NCBI GenBank assembly: GCA_963663405.2
Contig: CAXXSM010000092.1
Coordinates: forward strand, 32,001-96,000
Origin: a bacterium
Lineage (GTDB): Bacteria > Hinthialibacterota > Hinthialibacteria > Hinthialibacterales > Hinthialibacteraceae
Direction of reading: 5' to 3'
DNA length: 64,000 bases
Each line of letters starts with the position of its first letter. Within the stretch, counting starts at the first letter, position 1. Below the pieces are notes generated by a model. The model worked only from the letters and a program-made list of their open reading frames with translations, made no database searches and had not been told where the DNA came from. Of the stretch, positions 23,011 through 34,230 are shown piece after piece. The translations under genes were made by a program, and so were the position numbers.

Positions 23011-23508
23011 TTAAGCAAACTGTTGCAAAGCTATCTGCGTTCCTGTTTTGGTTTTGAAGATCTTATTGATGAATGCGCGAAATTGATCTTTATCTTTATC
23101 CAGCTTCTCGTCAGCCAGATTCACCAACCAATCCGCATCCCATAGAATCCGAAATTCCAACGTGTCGATATCCCGCGCGCTGTGATGGTTCGCAATGATG
23201 CGGCAAACATGATCGATCGTCGATTCATCCATCTCATTTTCCATCATGATCCGCCGGGCGATTGGAGGGCCTTCAATCTCTTGATACCGTCCGGCGGAGG
23301 AGCCATGAACACGCTCCGCTTCATGAATCCCGATATCATGCAGAATCGCCGCGGCTACGATTGTGAGTTGGTCTCCACCTTCATTCCCGTAAATCTCCAA
23401 CGCGTATTGCAACACATTCAAGGCATGATTGATCCGGCGCTGGTCTGAGCCAAATAATTCTCTCATCGCATGGTTAAGATGTGTTTCAACAGATGGATCC
23501 CTGCGCAC
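23011..23508 (-). CDS. HD-domain protein
   Basis: RINHALNV, AILHDIG, IIANHH and LWDAD. Confidence 0.88.
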   Translation of the reverse strand: MRRDPSVETHLNHAMRELFGSDQRRINHALNVLQYALEIYGNEGGDQLTIVAAAILHDIGIHEAERVHGSSAGRYQEIEGPPIARRIMMENEMDESTIDHVCRIIANHHSARDIDTLEFRILWDADWLVNLADEKLDKDKDQFRAFINKIFKTKTGTQIALQQFA

Positions 23509-24290
23509 TATGTCTCCTTAGAAGGTATGATTTGCTTGTTTTGACAAATCTCACCACGAATACTGATCTTGACTGGCTTCAGTGGAATCTCTTTTCCCGA
23601 TTGTTCCAACGCTTGCTTGACGACCTGAAGCAATCCAAAGCAACAGGGAACTTCCATATAGGCGATTTCGATGGATTCGACATCATTCATCTGAAAAATT
23701 TGAAGCAATTTATCGTGATAAAATTCAAGATCATCCAGTTTGGGACAACCGATCAAAAGTATCCGCCCATCAAGCATCGTCCGGTGAAAATCCGCATACG
23801 CGAACGGAACGCAATCAGCGGCGATTAAGAGTTTCGCCCCTCGCAGATACGGCGCAGTAACCGGAACAAGACGTAATTGCACAGGCCAGTTGGAGAGAGT
23901 TGAAGAAGCCGCGCCCAGCGCCGGTTCCTTTTGAGCGCTTTCTTTGACCGGGCGCAGCGTCAGAGACATCGAACCAGGACAACGAAAAGATGGCAATCCA
24001 TGCTGTGTTTCAGGTTGAGAATCCGGCGCCGCCTGTTTTCCATTTTCTCCGGTGAGATGGCGCTTGACCGCTTCAGGATCATATTCATCCACGAGCCGCT
24101 CTTCCATACTGATCGCCCCCTGGGGACAATCACCCAAACAGGCGCCCAGCCCATCACAAAGATTCTCACCTACGAGGCGGGCTTTTCCATCAACGATCTG
24201 GATCGCGCCTTCCGCGCAGGCCGGAACGCACTGTCCGCATCCATCACATTTTTCTTCATCAATTTTGACGATCGTTCTTCTTCGAACCAT
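23508..24290 (-). CDS. 4Fe-4S ferredoxin-domain protein of the type often found beside hcp
   Basis: Two CxxCxxCxxxC motifs, plus CPGS, NWPVQL, AADC, GCPKLD and MEVPCC. Confidence 0.92.
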   Translation of the reverse strand: MVRRRTIVKIDEEKCDGCGQCVPACAEGAIQIVDGKARLVGENLCDGLGACLGDCPQGAISMEERLVDEYDPEAVKRHLTGENGKQAAPDSQPETQHGLPSFRCPGSMSLTLRPVKESAQKEPALGAASSTLSNWPVQLRLVPVTAPYLRGAKLLIAADCVPFAYADFHRTMLDGRILLIGCPKLDDLEFYHDKLLQIFQMNDVESIEIAYMEVPCCFGLLQVVKQALEQSGKEIPLKPVKISIRGEICQNKQIIPSKET

Positions 24291-24352
24291 GGATTTAACT
24301 GCATCCTTACTGATGTTTGTACCTAATTTGTACCTAATAAATACAAATCAAT

Positions 24353-24368
24353 AGCATAATTCATTCCA
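24353..24368 (-). promoter_or_regulatory. sigma54 -24/-12 promoter of the ferredoxin-HD-hcp run
   Basis: The minus strand reads TGGAATGAATTATGCT (GG-N10-GC), ~60 bp upstream of the ATG. Confidence 0.7.
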
Positions 24369-24419
24369 ACAATGAAAAAGAGATAAGAATTAACTCTAAT
24401 ATACTTAAAAATAAGAACT

Positions 24420-24432
24420 TAAATATTTGATT
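24420..24432 (-). promoter_or_regulatory. IHF-like site
   Basis: AATCAAATATTTA matches WATCAANNNNTTR and lies between the sigma54 box and the putative UAS. Confidence 0.45.
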
Positions 24433-24584
24433 GGATAAGGAGAAGAAAAAAATTCAAAATACAAGATCAAGACGCTAATAAAACACTGTCAAACGAAATC
24501 TATTTATCCGTCGACTTAGAAAATCGATATAACAATATTTTATTGCGTTAAAAAGGATAGTTTACTCAATGGATGGAAGAATAA

Positions 24585-24638
24585 TGTCTCATTATCAATA
24601 CACACTCATAATGAGACAGATATAATATTAATGAGACA
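24585..24638. promoter_or_regulatory. Putative upstream activator sequence cluster
   Basis: TGTCTCA at 24585 and TGAGACA at 24612 and 24632. The same layout occurs at 38556-38612. Confidence 0.65.
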
Positions 24639-24710
24639 ACCAAAAAGAGAATACTATAGAATCCCGTCCGTTAATAAACAAACCAACCAGATTCCCCTAT
24701 ACTCCAAAGG

Positions 24711-26195
24711 TTATTTCGCATATCGAGATTTAAATTCCTGCTGCCGTCTCAAACGTTCGGCTTTTTCTTCTGGATCCATCTTGTTATTAAACCACTGATG
24801 GTTTTTATGATTGAAGATTTCCTCAATTCGCTTTTCGAGCGCTTTAGCCGCTTCGACTTTTTTCGGATCATCTGAATGAAGCCCCTTTTCAACGAGTTCT
24901 TCCAATTCGGGGATCAATTCCGTGTAGAAGTTCCGGGCGATTTCATAGGTCCCATGCCAGTGGGTAATATCCGGTCCCATCATCGAAGCGCCGTGACGCG
25001 CCCGCCGGCCTTCGTGATGCCACAATTCAAACCAAGTAAAGTCAATTTTATTGGAGAAATTCGCCGGACGCAAAAGCGGGGCGGCCAACTCCATAAGTTC
25101 AATTCCCGGGCTGGCGAATTTCTCATGATAGAGATCGATCAGCCCATCGTATTGCATGTAGAATCCATCCACAAAGTTTCGATTATGGCAATTTAGGCAG
25201 ACATCGATCATATTGTTCCGCCGTGTCTCCCAACCGGTGGAAGCGCCTTTCAATCCCATTTTCAAATCACTGACTTCCGGCCGGATGGAAATAATCGGGC
25301 GGTTATTCCACGAAATCCGCATCCCCACATCATGGCTGACCGGCTGATTTTTTGTGGCCGACATGTGACATGTCGAACATGTCGGCGCCGCTGAATAATC
25401 TTCACCGACCACCCACTTCGCGTTACCCATATTCATTTTCGAATGATGCGCGCGGAATGCCACACCATGTTTAGATTCGTTATAAATCTCAATCTGTGGA
25501 TGGTCCGGCCCCATATGACATTTCCCACAGTTTTCTGGATTGCGCACCTGTTCCACGGAAAATTCATGCCGTGAATGGCAGGCCGTACAAGATCCTTCGC
25601 TTCCATCAGGATTGATTCGCCCGATGCCTGTATTCGGCCAAGTCGCTGGATCCAATTTTCCTCCCAGTAAAACCTTCACCTCACTTCCATGGCATTGCCA
25701 ACACCCATTCACTGCCGCGGCGGAGACGCCCTTTGGAAATCCAACGGTTTTAAGTCCACGATTCCCCTCCACGACTTCAGCCAAGACATTATCAAGCGAT
25801 CCCATAATACGGCCCGCTTTGGCGTGATGAGAATTCGTAAATTCATCCACCTCGCGTTCATGACAACGGGCGCAGTCACGAGGACTTACAATGATCGAGA
25901 TCAATTTCCCGGTTTGAGTCGTTCCATCTTTCAACACAACATCATGTTGAAGCGCATCCGGATCCCCCTCTTCGGCCATATGACACTCATAACAACCAAT
26001 GTTCGCGCGGAAATGTTTGCTGGCGCCCCATTGTTCATACACAGATGGCGTTTCTACTTTATGACAGTCGATACAAACCTTCGATTCAGGAGAGAGCGCC
26101 TTAGGCGAAAACGCCGCATACACTGCCGGATACGATAAAACCGGGAATGCAAGCGCCGCGAAGATTCGAATGAAACATCTTGACGATCGATTCAT
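24711..26195 (-). CDS. Octaheme HAO-family cytochrome c, probably reductive (epsilon-Hao-like)
   Basis: Signal peptide and 8 CxxCH motifs (CIDCH, CYECH, CARCH, CWQCH, CTACH, CGKCH, CSTCH, CLNCH), plus MGPDHPQIEIYNESKHG and GPDITHWHG. Confidence 0.9.
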   Translation of the reverse strand: MNRSSRCFIRIFAALAFPVLSYPAVYAAFSPKALSPESKVCIDCHKVETPSVYEQWGASKHFRANIGCYECHMAEEGDPDALQHDVVLKDGTTQTGKLISIIVSPRDCARCHEREVDEFTNSHHAKAGRIMGSLDNVLAEVVEGNRGLKTVGFPKGVSAAAVNGCWQCHGSEVKVLLGGKLDPATWPNTGIGRINPDGSEGSCTACHSRHEFSVEQVRNPENCGKCHMGPDHPQIEIYNESKHGVAFRAHHSKMNMGNAKWVVGEDYSAAPTCSTCHMSATKNQPVSHDVGMRISWNNRPIISIRPEVSDLKMGLKGASTGWETRRNNMIDVCLNCHNRNFVDGFYMQYDGLIDLYHEKFASPGIELMELAAPLLRPANFSNKIDFTWFELWHHEGRRARHGASMMGPDITHWHGTYEIARNFYTELIPELEELVEKGLHSDDPKKVEAAKALEKRIEEIFNHKNHQWFNNKMDPEEKAERLRRQQEFKSRYAK

Positions 26196-26297
26196 GACTC
26201 AAGGCCTCCGATGTCAGAGTATGGGTACAAAAGATAAAAAAAATCTATGCGCAAAATCAGTAAAACTATTGTCAAAGTAGAAAGACTAACAAATCTT

Positions 26298-27532
26298 TTA
26301 ATCCTCTTTTTTGAACTCACCCGAAACAATAGGAAGCGCCAGCCGCAGCATCCAGCTGAAAAGCAAAATTCCAAACGCCCAGATTCCTATACAAATCTGT
26401 ATTTCATTTAGGGTAGGAACATACTCGACAATTTCCCCTAATGGCGTCGGCAGGAAACCCGGTACAATCATCCCAGGCCCTTTTTCAATCCAGATCCCAA
26501 CGAAAGCGAGAGCACACGCCAGATTCAGCCATCTGATTTGATTGGCTAGAATCGGTGTCACAAGAATCACTGCTGCAATCGTTTCCATGAGCAAGGCGCT
26601 CCAGATCCAAGGCACAAGAGCGTTGTGCCCATGCAAACCGAAGAAAAGATATTGAGCGCTGGAAGAATGCAGCGATGCGCTATAAAACTCTTTAAACGCT
26701 TCGCAGCCTAATAGAAATAGATTGATCAGCAGAGAGATTGTCACGATCTGACGAAGAAGATGCAGCGCTTTGTCGCCGATGTTGTAATTGGATATGCGCC
26801 GGATAATCTGAAACGCGAGAATCATCAATCCCGGACCGGCGGTAAACGCCGAACCGAGAAAACGCGGCGCGACAATCGCGGCGTTCCAAAACGGACGCCC
26901 AACCAATCCAACATAAAGAAACGCAGTAACAGTATGAATGGAGACCGCCCATAGAATCGAAAGAAAGACGAATGGCATATATAACCACGGATTCGGTTTC
27001 CGGCCTAAATAGGTCATATAGAGAAGATAACCGCAAACATGTACGTTTATCAAAAGATAACCGTTCAAAACCACCACATCCCAGCTCAGCATTGAAATCG
27101 GAAAATTGAATAAGCCAATGACAGGAATCATATGCCAAAACCGATCGGGGCGCCCCAAGTCAACGATTACGAATAAAAGACACATAATGATCGCCGCTAC
27201 TGCGAGCAGTTCTCCAAAGATCACAACAGTTATGCATCTCACGAATTCGATAAATATACGCTGGAATAACTAGCATTACAGCCGCGGCCGCCATTCCAAC
27301 GAGAAACGTGAAATTGGCGATGTAGATCCCCCACGAAACCTGATCGGTCATTCCCGTAGTAATCAATCCCCCGGCCAGCTGCGTGCAGTAAGCCCGCAAT
27401 CCAAAGGAACGAGAGAAGGGTCAGAAAAATCATCCACAAAAAGAACGCCCACCCGCCACGGAAACTAAGCCGGGACGCCCGGTAGAGGAAAAGGCTGTAA
27501 TCTTTGATTGCGCCGCTAACTTCACCTGCCAC
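26298..27532 (-). CDS. NrfD/PsrC (DsrP-like) membrane anchor, two frameshifts
   Basis: Three overlapping ORF pieces carry TGMTDQVSWG.YIANFTF, VDLGRPDRFWH and SIHTVTAF. The GTG start at 27532 follows an AAAGGA RBS. Confidence 0.85.
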
Positions 27533-27563
27533 GTCAAATCCTTTATTCCAAAGTCCGATCGTT

Positions 27564-28539
27564 TTAAGCGTCAAACCAATAATAAAAACGGGGGATGGTT
27601 CCCGCATCCTCTTTCAATACATAGACTCTCTTTTCATCCAGGATATAGCGGATAGGACTCTCCGCATCCAATAGATTGCCGAACTGCCGCGCTCCCGTTG
27701 GACACGCTTCCACACATTTTGGGTACCAATCCCCGCCGCACACGTTGCAGACAGAACGTGCATTTCTCCATCGTCCCGCGGGGACGGATTCGATTGCTCA
27801 AATAGGCCATCTCTGGATTGATCTCATCTTCCGGTATAGACGGCTCAGAAAAGTTAAAGCGCCGCGCCCAATAGGGACAAGCCGCTTCACAATAACGGCA
27901 GCCGATACACCAGTTATAATCCACGACGACAATCCCGTCTTTCTCCTTCCACGTAGCGCGAACCGGACAGGCCTTCACACACGGTGGATTGTCACACTGG
28001 TGACATTGAACCGGCATATAGTAAAATCCTTCCGCGTTCACGCTATCCACGCCATAGTAGTGATTCGATTTCTCGACATCGATCGTGCCCTTGGGCATTT
28101 GCAGAACGCGGATGTATTGGATCGCAGGATCGCGCGACTGGTTGTTTTCCTCAACACAGGCGTAGACGCAGCGGCGGCAGCCGACGCACCGGCCGATATT
28201 CAGCGCGTAAGCGAATTGAACACCCGGCGCCGGTTTTGGATCTTCAATGTGAACCTCTTTTCCATGGCGTTCCCGGATCTCTTTTTCCAACCGCTGAAGA
28301 ATCTTCTCCATCGCCTCCGGCGTAAGACGTTCGTATTGCTGTTGCACAAACGCCTCTAAATCCGTGTCGTTATCAAACTGGGTCAGCGGTTCAAGAGCCG
28401 CGCCCAAACCACAGGCGAAAAATGCGCCGAACGAACCGAGTTTGATAAAACTGCGCCGTTCCAAAGACTCCTTCGAGCCGGGGATGTATGATTTTCGATC
28501 CTGTGACTTTGATGGATCGTTCTGTGTTGGATCGTTCAT
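27564..28539 (-). CDS. 4Fe-4S dicluster protein (NrfC/DsrO-like) with twin-arginine-like leader, +1 frameshift near 27718
   Basis: RRSFIK leader and CVGCRRCVYAC, CHQCDNPPCVKACP, CIGCRYCEAACP and CTFC motifs. The corrected tail reads PKCVEACPTGARQFG...YYWFDA*. Confidence 0.88.
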
Positions 28540-29151
28540 CGATGAGATCCTTCCTGCGCATGCCCTCCGGCGCTGGAGGGACCCGGCATAGGTATAAGCG
28601 TTGGAAATGCTGGCGCATGGGGATCATGGCATTGAATACACAGGATTCGGGTTCGTTTTCCCTGCGTCCGATCCCAATACCCCACTCATCCGCCCATGCG
28701 CCCCAGCCTTCCAATCACGGTAAACCAGGCCATGACATTTCGCGCAGAGTTCCGCGGGCCGATCGCTCGGGATTTCCTTTCCATCGTGTGTAATGTACGC
28801 GTCCCGGTTGGCCGCATGGTGGCAGTTCAAACAATAGTCGTTCCGGCCATGATCAAGCCGCAGGTCCACATGTTCCGCCACTAATTTTCGTTGTTCCAAA
28901 GGCGATTGGAACAACCGATGGCATTCATTACAGTGATAAACAAATCCACCCCGCCGCAGCCGAAGCGGTTTCCATTCCCCACGAATGGGCCTGTAATCCA
29001 CTTTGAGAACGATTGATTGAGAAGAAGAAGATTGAAAATCGTCGGTTACAAAAGAAAAGACGGATTGGCTCAAAACGATTACGCCAATAGACACAACTAG
29101 GATGGAAAACCACCGCCGTTTACAAAATACAAAAAGTGAGCGCGTTTCCAT
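28536..29151 (-). CDS. Small tetraheme cytochrome c, +1 frameshift near 28680
   Basis: CNECH, CLNCH and CAKCH, with CIQCH after removing one G from a GGGG run. The corrected stop overlaps the next ATG (ATGA). Confidence 0.85.
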
Positions 29152-29260
29152 CATCTATCCCTTCCCCAAAGGAAAACCGGTAATCATGCGCGCCGCTCGT
29201 AGATTCCTTACGGAGAGTATACACTATTTTGAATGGAATTCTTTTATTGAATTCTTATTT

Positions 29261-29276
29261 TGGTATACTAATACCA
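29261..29276. promoter_or_regulatory. Palindrome in the divergent promoter, candidate Rrf2 operator
   Basis: TGGTAT-acta-ATACCA between the cytochrome operon and rrf2. Confidence 0.45.
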
Positions 29277-29302
29277 CAATACCACTTATCGAGTCAAGCA
29301 AG

Positions 29303-29727
29303 ATGTCAACAATTTTGAATTTTTCTGACGCTGTTTCTCTAGCATTGCATTCTATGGGGATTATGGCGGGAAAAAAGGACTGCTTTTTTCGAACCGGCGC
29401 GATTGCCAAACAACTCGCAGTTTCCGAGCATCATCTTCAAAAAGTCCATCAAAGACTATCGAAAGCCGGATTGCTCCATTCGGCTCGTGGTCCTAAGGGA
29501 GGATTTTCGTTAAACAAACCGGCGGAGGAAATTACCCTTCTTGAAATTGTAGAAGCGATTGAAGGGCCCTTCGATCCCTCACCATGTTTTCTGAACAAAT
29601 CTCCCTGTCCGGACTGTGCATCTTCAAAAATCTAATCGGTCAGGTCAATGATCTGGTCATGGAAAATTTAAAAACCGTCACGATCGACCGACTGGCTGAC
29701 CGAAGTTTTATCATGAAACCTAAATAG
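29303..29727 (+). CDS. Rrf2 family regulator (NsrR/IscR-like), frameshift near 29612
   Basis: SEHHLQKV..L.KAGL..SARGPKGGFSL...EITLLEIVEAIEG and a Cys cluster. The reading continues in another frame to the TAG at 29727. Confidence 0.88.
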
Positions 29728-29736
29728 GAAGGAATA

Positions 29737-30097
29737 ATGTTCTTTTCTTTTCTAATCGATTGGATCCCAAAACTTCAGAGATCTAAACAGAATAAATCGA
29801 AAACCGTCGATAAAGATATCGAGACACTTCGTGTGTTTATTGGAGTCTACTGCCTAAAGAATTCATATAAGCAAGGAAGATAAAGACCTTTGCCCGGATT
29901 GTGAAACACTGTTCCAATACGCCTGCAAACGGAGAGAATTATGCCCATACGATCCCAAACCAGCATGCAAACAATGCAAGACCCATTGCTATAAATCAGA
30001 ATATAGGGAGCAAATTCGGAAGGTGATGAAGTTTTCCGGAATCTATTTCGTCAAGCGGGGCCGCTTGGATTGGTTGATTAGATATTTTCTACGATAA
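29737..30097 (+). CDS. YgbA-like (nitrous oxide-stimulated promoter family) protein, +1 frameshift near 29862, absent from the ORF track
   Basis: Corrected translation YCLKNH...LCPDCETLFQYACKRRELCPYDPKPACKQCKTHCYK...IRKVMKFSG. The span is 361 nt. Confidence 0.85.
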
Positions 30098-30133
30098 AAG
30101 CCATACGAATAACACTATTGCGTATGCGCGCAA

Positions 30134-31154
30134 TCAGTAACTATCATCCGTCAATTCAACTTTACCCACGAATACGGAATAAACATATGCGGTATATGCG
30201 AGAACAAGCGGCACACCGATCAGCGCGATGATGAACATCACCCATAAAGTAAGTGGCGAGGAAGAAGCGTTGTAAGCGGTTAGGCTGTAGTTTAAATCAA
30301 TGCTGGAAGGGAGCATACGGGGATACAAAGGCTGACACCGGCGATCCCAATCACCGAGAGAATCACAGCCGAGGAAGAAAGGAAAGTACGCAGATGCAGT
30401 CCCGCTTTCCTCGCTATTGGAAGATAGACCAAACTGGCAATCAATACTAAAAAGAACAACCAGAAAAGGGGCTTGACTAGTAGACCTTCAAAAAGATATG
30501 GAGAAACAAAAAAGGCTGAGACCGTCGCGACCACGTAAAGCGAAACAAACGCGATCCCATGCGTTGTCAACCCACCATTCCATCCGTTTCTGCAGATCCC
30601 CTTCCGTTTTCACCGTCATATAGGCCGCGCCCTGCATCACGATCAGAACTAAACTGAGAACGCCGCATAAAAGCGCAAAGGGATTCAGAAGAGAGAGAAA
30701 TGGAACGTAAAGAACACCCTCCGCGTCAATAGGAACTCCTCGAAGAACATTGCCAACCGCCACACCATAGAGAACCGCGGGAATTAAGCTCCCCAATCCA
30801 AACGCCATTCCCCATAAAACCCGCCATGAGGAATTATTAACTTTACCGTAAAATTCAAGCGACACCGCCCGGACAATCAACGCGAAGAGCAAAAGCATAA
30901 ACGCGAGATAAAATCCGCTGAACGCGGTCGCATACACAATAGGGAATGCGGCGAATAACGCCGCCGCCGCCGGTAAGCAGCCAAACTTCGTTACCATCCC
31001 AAACGGGGCCGATGGCGTTTATATGGATGCGCCGTTCTCGATTTCCGTGAGCGAAAAGGCTGAGCGCGCCAACCCCTAGATCAAAACCATCGAGAATCGC
31101 GTAACCGGTGATTAACACACCGATCAAGAGGTACCAGATCGTATTTAAATCCAT
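30134..31154 (-). CDS. cydB: Cytochrome bd oxidase subunit II, three frameshifts
   Basis: YAILDGFDLGVG, IGPVWDGNEVWL, AAFP.VYATAFSGFY and SLTAYNASSS, spread over four ORF pieces. Confidence 0.9.
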
Positions 31155-32494
31155 TATGACTGCGCCTCCTTTTCAACTAAAGGTTCGGGGCCATGCTTGA
31201 TCTTTCGAATGAGGACAAAAATATACAACGCGCCAATCATCGTATAAATCAATCCAAACAGGATCAAAGAAAACAACACTTCCACAGCGCTGACCTGAAA
31301 GGAATACGCGTCCGCGGTCTTCAACAGCCGGTAAACTACCCAGGGCTGGCGCCCCACTTCGGCGACGATCCAGCCCAATTCGCAGGCGATCAGTGGCAAC
31401 GGGATCGCGAAGGGTAATAAACTGAGATACCAACGGGTGTCAGAGAGTCGTTTCCGGTAAAGCAGAAAAACGCCGAACGCCGTCAGAGCGATGAATAACA
31501 TGCCTAATCCCACCATGGTATGGAAGGAGATGAACATTAATGAGAACGGCGGCGTCGCCCAGCCCTCTTTCCGGAGATCCTCAACTCCAGGCACGTTGGC
31601 GCTGGAATCACCAAACGCGAACCAACTTAACAAACCTGGGATTACAATCGCATAATTCAATCGAGGCGGACTGTCAGAGGGGATTCCAAACACCGCCAAC
31701 GGGGCATTCGGCCCTCCCTCGCTGAGTCCCTCCATAGCGGCGAACTTTTCGGGCTGCGTACGGGCGACTTGCTTGGCGTGAAAATCCCCCGTCGGAATGA
31801 AAGTGAGGATCGATGCGATCAAACCAACGACCAGCGCGAGTTTCAACGTCTTGCGGGAGGATTCCGGACTGATATTTTTCAGCACATGATACGCCGAGAT
31901 TCCCGCCATCAAGAACGCGCCCGCGGTCAAACACGCCGCCAGGGTATGAGAAAACCGGTAGATTGTCGATGGATTAAACAATACTGCGAAGAAATCGGTC
32001 ATTTCCGCGCGCCCATTGCGGATAACATACCCCGCCGGGGTCTGTTGCCAGGAATTGGCGGCGATAATCCAAAACGCCGAGAGCGTCGCCCCAACAGCGA
32101 CCATCAATGAAGAAAACCAATGTACTCCTTTTGAGACACGCCCACGGCCAAAGAGATATAATCCTAAAAACGTTGATTCCAAGAAGAAGGAGAACAAGGC
32201 TTCCGCCGCTAATGGCGCTCCAAAAATATCGCCTACATATTTGGAATACTCCGCCCAGTTCGTCCCGAACTGAAACTCCATCACAATGCCTGACGCCACA
32301 CCGGCGGCGAAGGTCAGTCCTAACACTTTCGCAAAGAACTTCCCCGCCCGGACGTAGTCCATATCATTCCGTTTCCAGCCCATCCACTCCACGCCTACAA
32401 GCAGCCACGCCAATCCAATGGAGAGCGGTGGGAAAAGGAAATGGAATCCAACGGTAAAGGCGAATTGGAGTCTTGATAGAAACAATGTATCCAT
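31154..32494 (-). CDS. cydA: Cytochrome bd oxidase subunit I
   Basis: SRLQFAFT..FHFLFP, EFQFGTNW, QPEKFAAMEG and GWIVAEVGRQPW. Confidence 0.97.
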   Translation of the reverse strand: MDTLFLSRLQFAFTVGFHFLFPPLSIGLAWLLVGVEWMGWKRNDMDYVRAGKFFAKVLGLTFAAGVASGIVMEFQFGTNWAEYSKYVGDIFGAPLAAEALFSFFLESTFLGLYLFGRGRVSKGVHWFSSLMVAVGATLSAFWIIAANSWQQTPAGYVIRNGRAEMTDFFAVLFNPSTIYRFSHTLAACLTAGAFLMAGISAYHVLKNISPESSRKTLKLALVVGLIASILTFIPTGDFHAKQVARTQPEKFAAMEGLSEGGPNAPLAVFGIPSDSPPRLNYAIVIPGLLSWFAFGDSSANVPGVEDLRKEGWATPPFSLMFISFHTMVGLGMLFIALTAFGVFLLYRKRLSDTRWYLSLLPFAIPLPLIACELGWIVAEVGRQPWVVYRLLKTADAYSFQVSAVEVLFSLILFGLIYTMIGALYIFVLIRKIKHGPEPLVEKEAQS

Positions 32495-32552
32495 TGCTTG
32501 TTCTCCCCTAACTGTTGTTCATACTGATTATTCAATCCACTTTCAATGGAAA

Positions 32553-33068
32553 TTACGTCGAGGCGGCGTTCGATGGTGGATTGAATGACCGTTGGCTCAA
32601 CTGCTGATCGATCATGAAAATCCCAGGGCCATCGCCTTTGATTAATTTCAGTTTCTGAACGATGCCGTCCGCCGTGGCTTCTTCTTCGACCTGCTCATTA
32701 ACGAACCACTGCAGGAAAGCGTTGGTGGCGTGATCGCTCTCTTGCAAGGAGAGATCCACTAACTTGTTAATTAATTCCGTCACATGTTGTTCGTGCGCAT
32801 AGGCGGCTTCAAACGCCGCCAGGGGAGATTCCCATTCGATTTGAGGCGCTTCGATCGCTGTTAAAATCACCCGGCCACCACGTTCGACTATGTAATCATT
32901 AAACATCGCCGCGTGCGCTAACTCTTCCTGTGTTTGAATTTTCATCCAATTCGCCATCCCTTCCAGATTGATGGAATGAAAATAGGCTGACATGGAATAA
33001 TATAAATACGAGGAATAGAATTCGGCGTTAAGATGCTTGTTTAACGCTTCTTCGATTGTCTTTTTCAT
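32553..33068 (-). CDS. ftnA: Non-heme ferritin
   Basis: EFYSSYLYYSM, QEELAHA and FLQWFVNEQVEEE. Confidence 0.95.
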   Translation of the reverse strand: MKKTIEEALNKHLNAEFYSSYLYYSMSAYFHSINLEGMANWMKIQTQEELAHAAMFNDYIVERGGRVILTAIEAPQIEWESPLAAFEAAYAHEQHVTELINKLVDLSLQESDHATNAFLQWFVNEQVEEEATADGIVQKLKLIKGDGPGIFMIDQQLSQRSFNPPSNAAST

Positions 33069-33251
33069 GATGCTCTCCTTCTTTCATTGTTAACATAAGA
33101 TTGATGAAAACAATCCAACTGCGCATTCTTATAAATACTGTTATCCACTCAGTATATCCACTTGAATTCCCGCTGTAGGATAAATTCATACTAAGGAAGT
33201 TTTTCCGCCATTATTTAATAAGGTTAATAGAGCAGCGTTATCCTACCAGAT

Positions 33252-34076
33252 CTATCCCAGCGCCACATCGAGCGCCATCATGATGGCGAATCCACCAATC
33301 GTGCTGATCGTAGCAAAATCCGTATACTCATCCCGCTGGGATTCTGGAATCAGTTCTTCTACGACAACAAAAATCATGGCGCCGGCGGCGAATGCGAGTC
33401 CATAGGGAAGTAAAGCCCGCATCGAAAGCACCATCCAAGCCCCTAACACACCGGCGATTGGTTCAACAATCCCGGAAGCCTGTCCATAGACAAAGGCCTT
33501 AAACCGCCCCATGCCCTCACGACGCAGCGGCATGGAAACAGCCAATCCTTCTGGAAAGTTCTGCAATCCGATCCCTATGCCTAAGGCGATGCCCCCCATA
33601 ATCATGGAGTGCGCCTGCGCCGCGTCAACCGCATGGGCGACCATTCCAAACGCGACGCCCACAGCCAATCCTTCAGGGATGTTGTGCAATGTGATCGCGG
33701 AGATAAGCAATACACTACGTTTCCAGGATGTTTGCAGTCCCTCCGCTTGGGAAATATCCAATCCCAGGTGCAAATGGGGGAGGATCTTATCCACGATATA
33801 GAGAAAGAACCCACCAGCGAGGAAGCCGATTAAAGCCGGTTTCCAATCACCGTTCGACATTTCAATTGCGGGGGCAAGCAATGACCAAAAACTGGCGGCG
33901 ATCATTACCCCCGCCGCCATTCCGAGCATTCCATCCAGCAGTTTTTGATTGAATCGTTTCGTAAAAAATACTAAGGACGCGCCGAGAGCTGTCACGAACC
34001 ATGTAAATAACGTGGCGATTAACGCCTGCGTTATAGGACTATATTGTTGAAAAAAATTAAATAGACCTTCATTCAT
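33252..34076 (-). CDS. ZIP family metal transporter (GufA/ZupT-like)
   Basis: [20 protein letters not shown] and [16 protein letters not shown]. Confidence 0.93.
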   Translation of the reverse strand: MNEGLFNFFQQYSPITQALIATLFTWFVTALGASLVFFTKRFNQKLLDGMLGMAAGVMIAASFWSLLAPAIEMSNGDWKPALIGFLAGGFFLYIVDKILPHLHLGLDISQAEGLQTSWKRSVLLISAITLHNIPEGLAVGVAFGMVAHAVDAAQAHSMIMGGIALGIGIGLQNFPEGLAVSMPLRREGMGRFKAFVYGQASGIVEPIAGVLGAWMVLSMRALLPYGLAFAAGAMIFVVVEELIPESQRDEYTDFATISTIGGFAIMMALDVALG

Positions 34077-34145
34077 GATTCCCTCTATAATCTCTTGCAA
34101 GCTCTCCTCGCATGAGCTGGTAAAAACAAATCACGCCAATACCAC

Positions 34146-34207
34146 AAAAAATAGACATAAGCGATGGCCGCAACTCCGATCAACCAGGCGCCGGCCATCG
34201 CTATGAC
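34146..34207 (-). terminator. Likely intrinsic terminator after rubredoxin
   Basis: GCGATGGCCG...CGGCCATCGC stem with a long loop, followed by a T run on the minus strand. Confidence 0.5.
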
Positions 34208-34230
34208 CGTTGCTTGTTCTTACGGCAATC

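Noticed and set aside
34146-34207. Metal riboswitch upstream of ZIP
   Set aside because: Only a simple stem plus T run is visible, and I recognised no yybP-ykoY or NiCo motifs.
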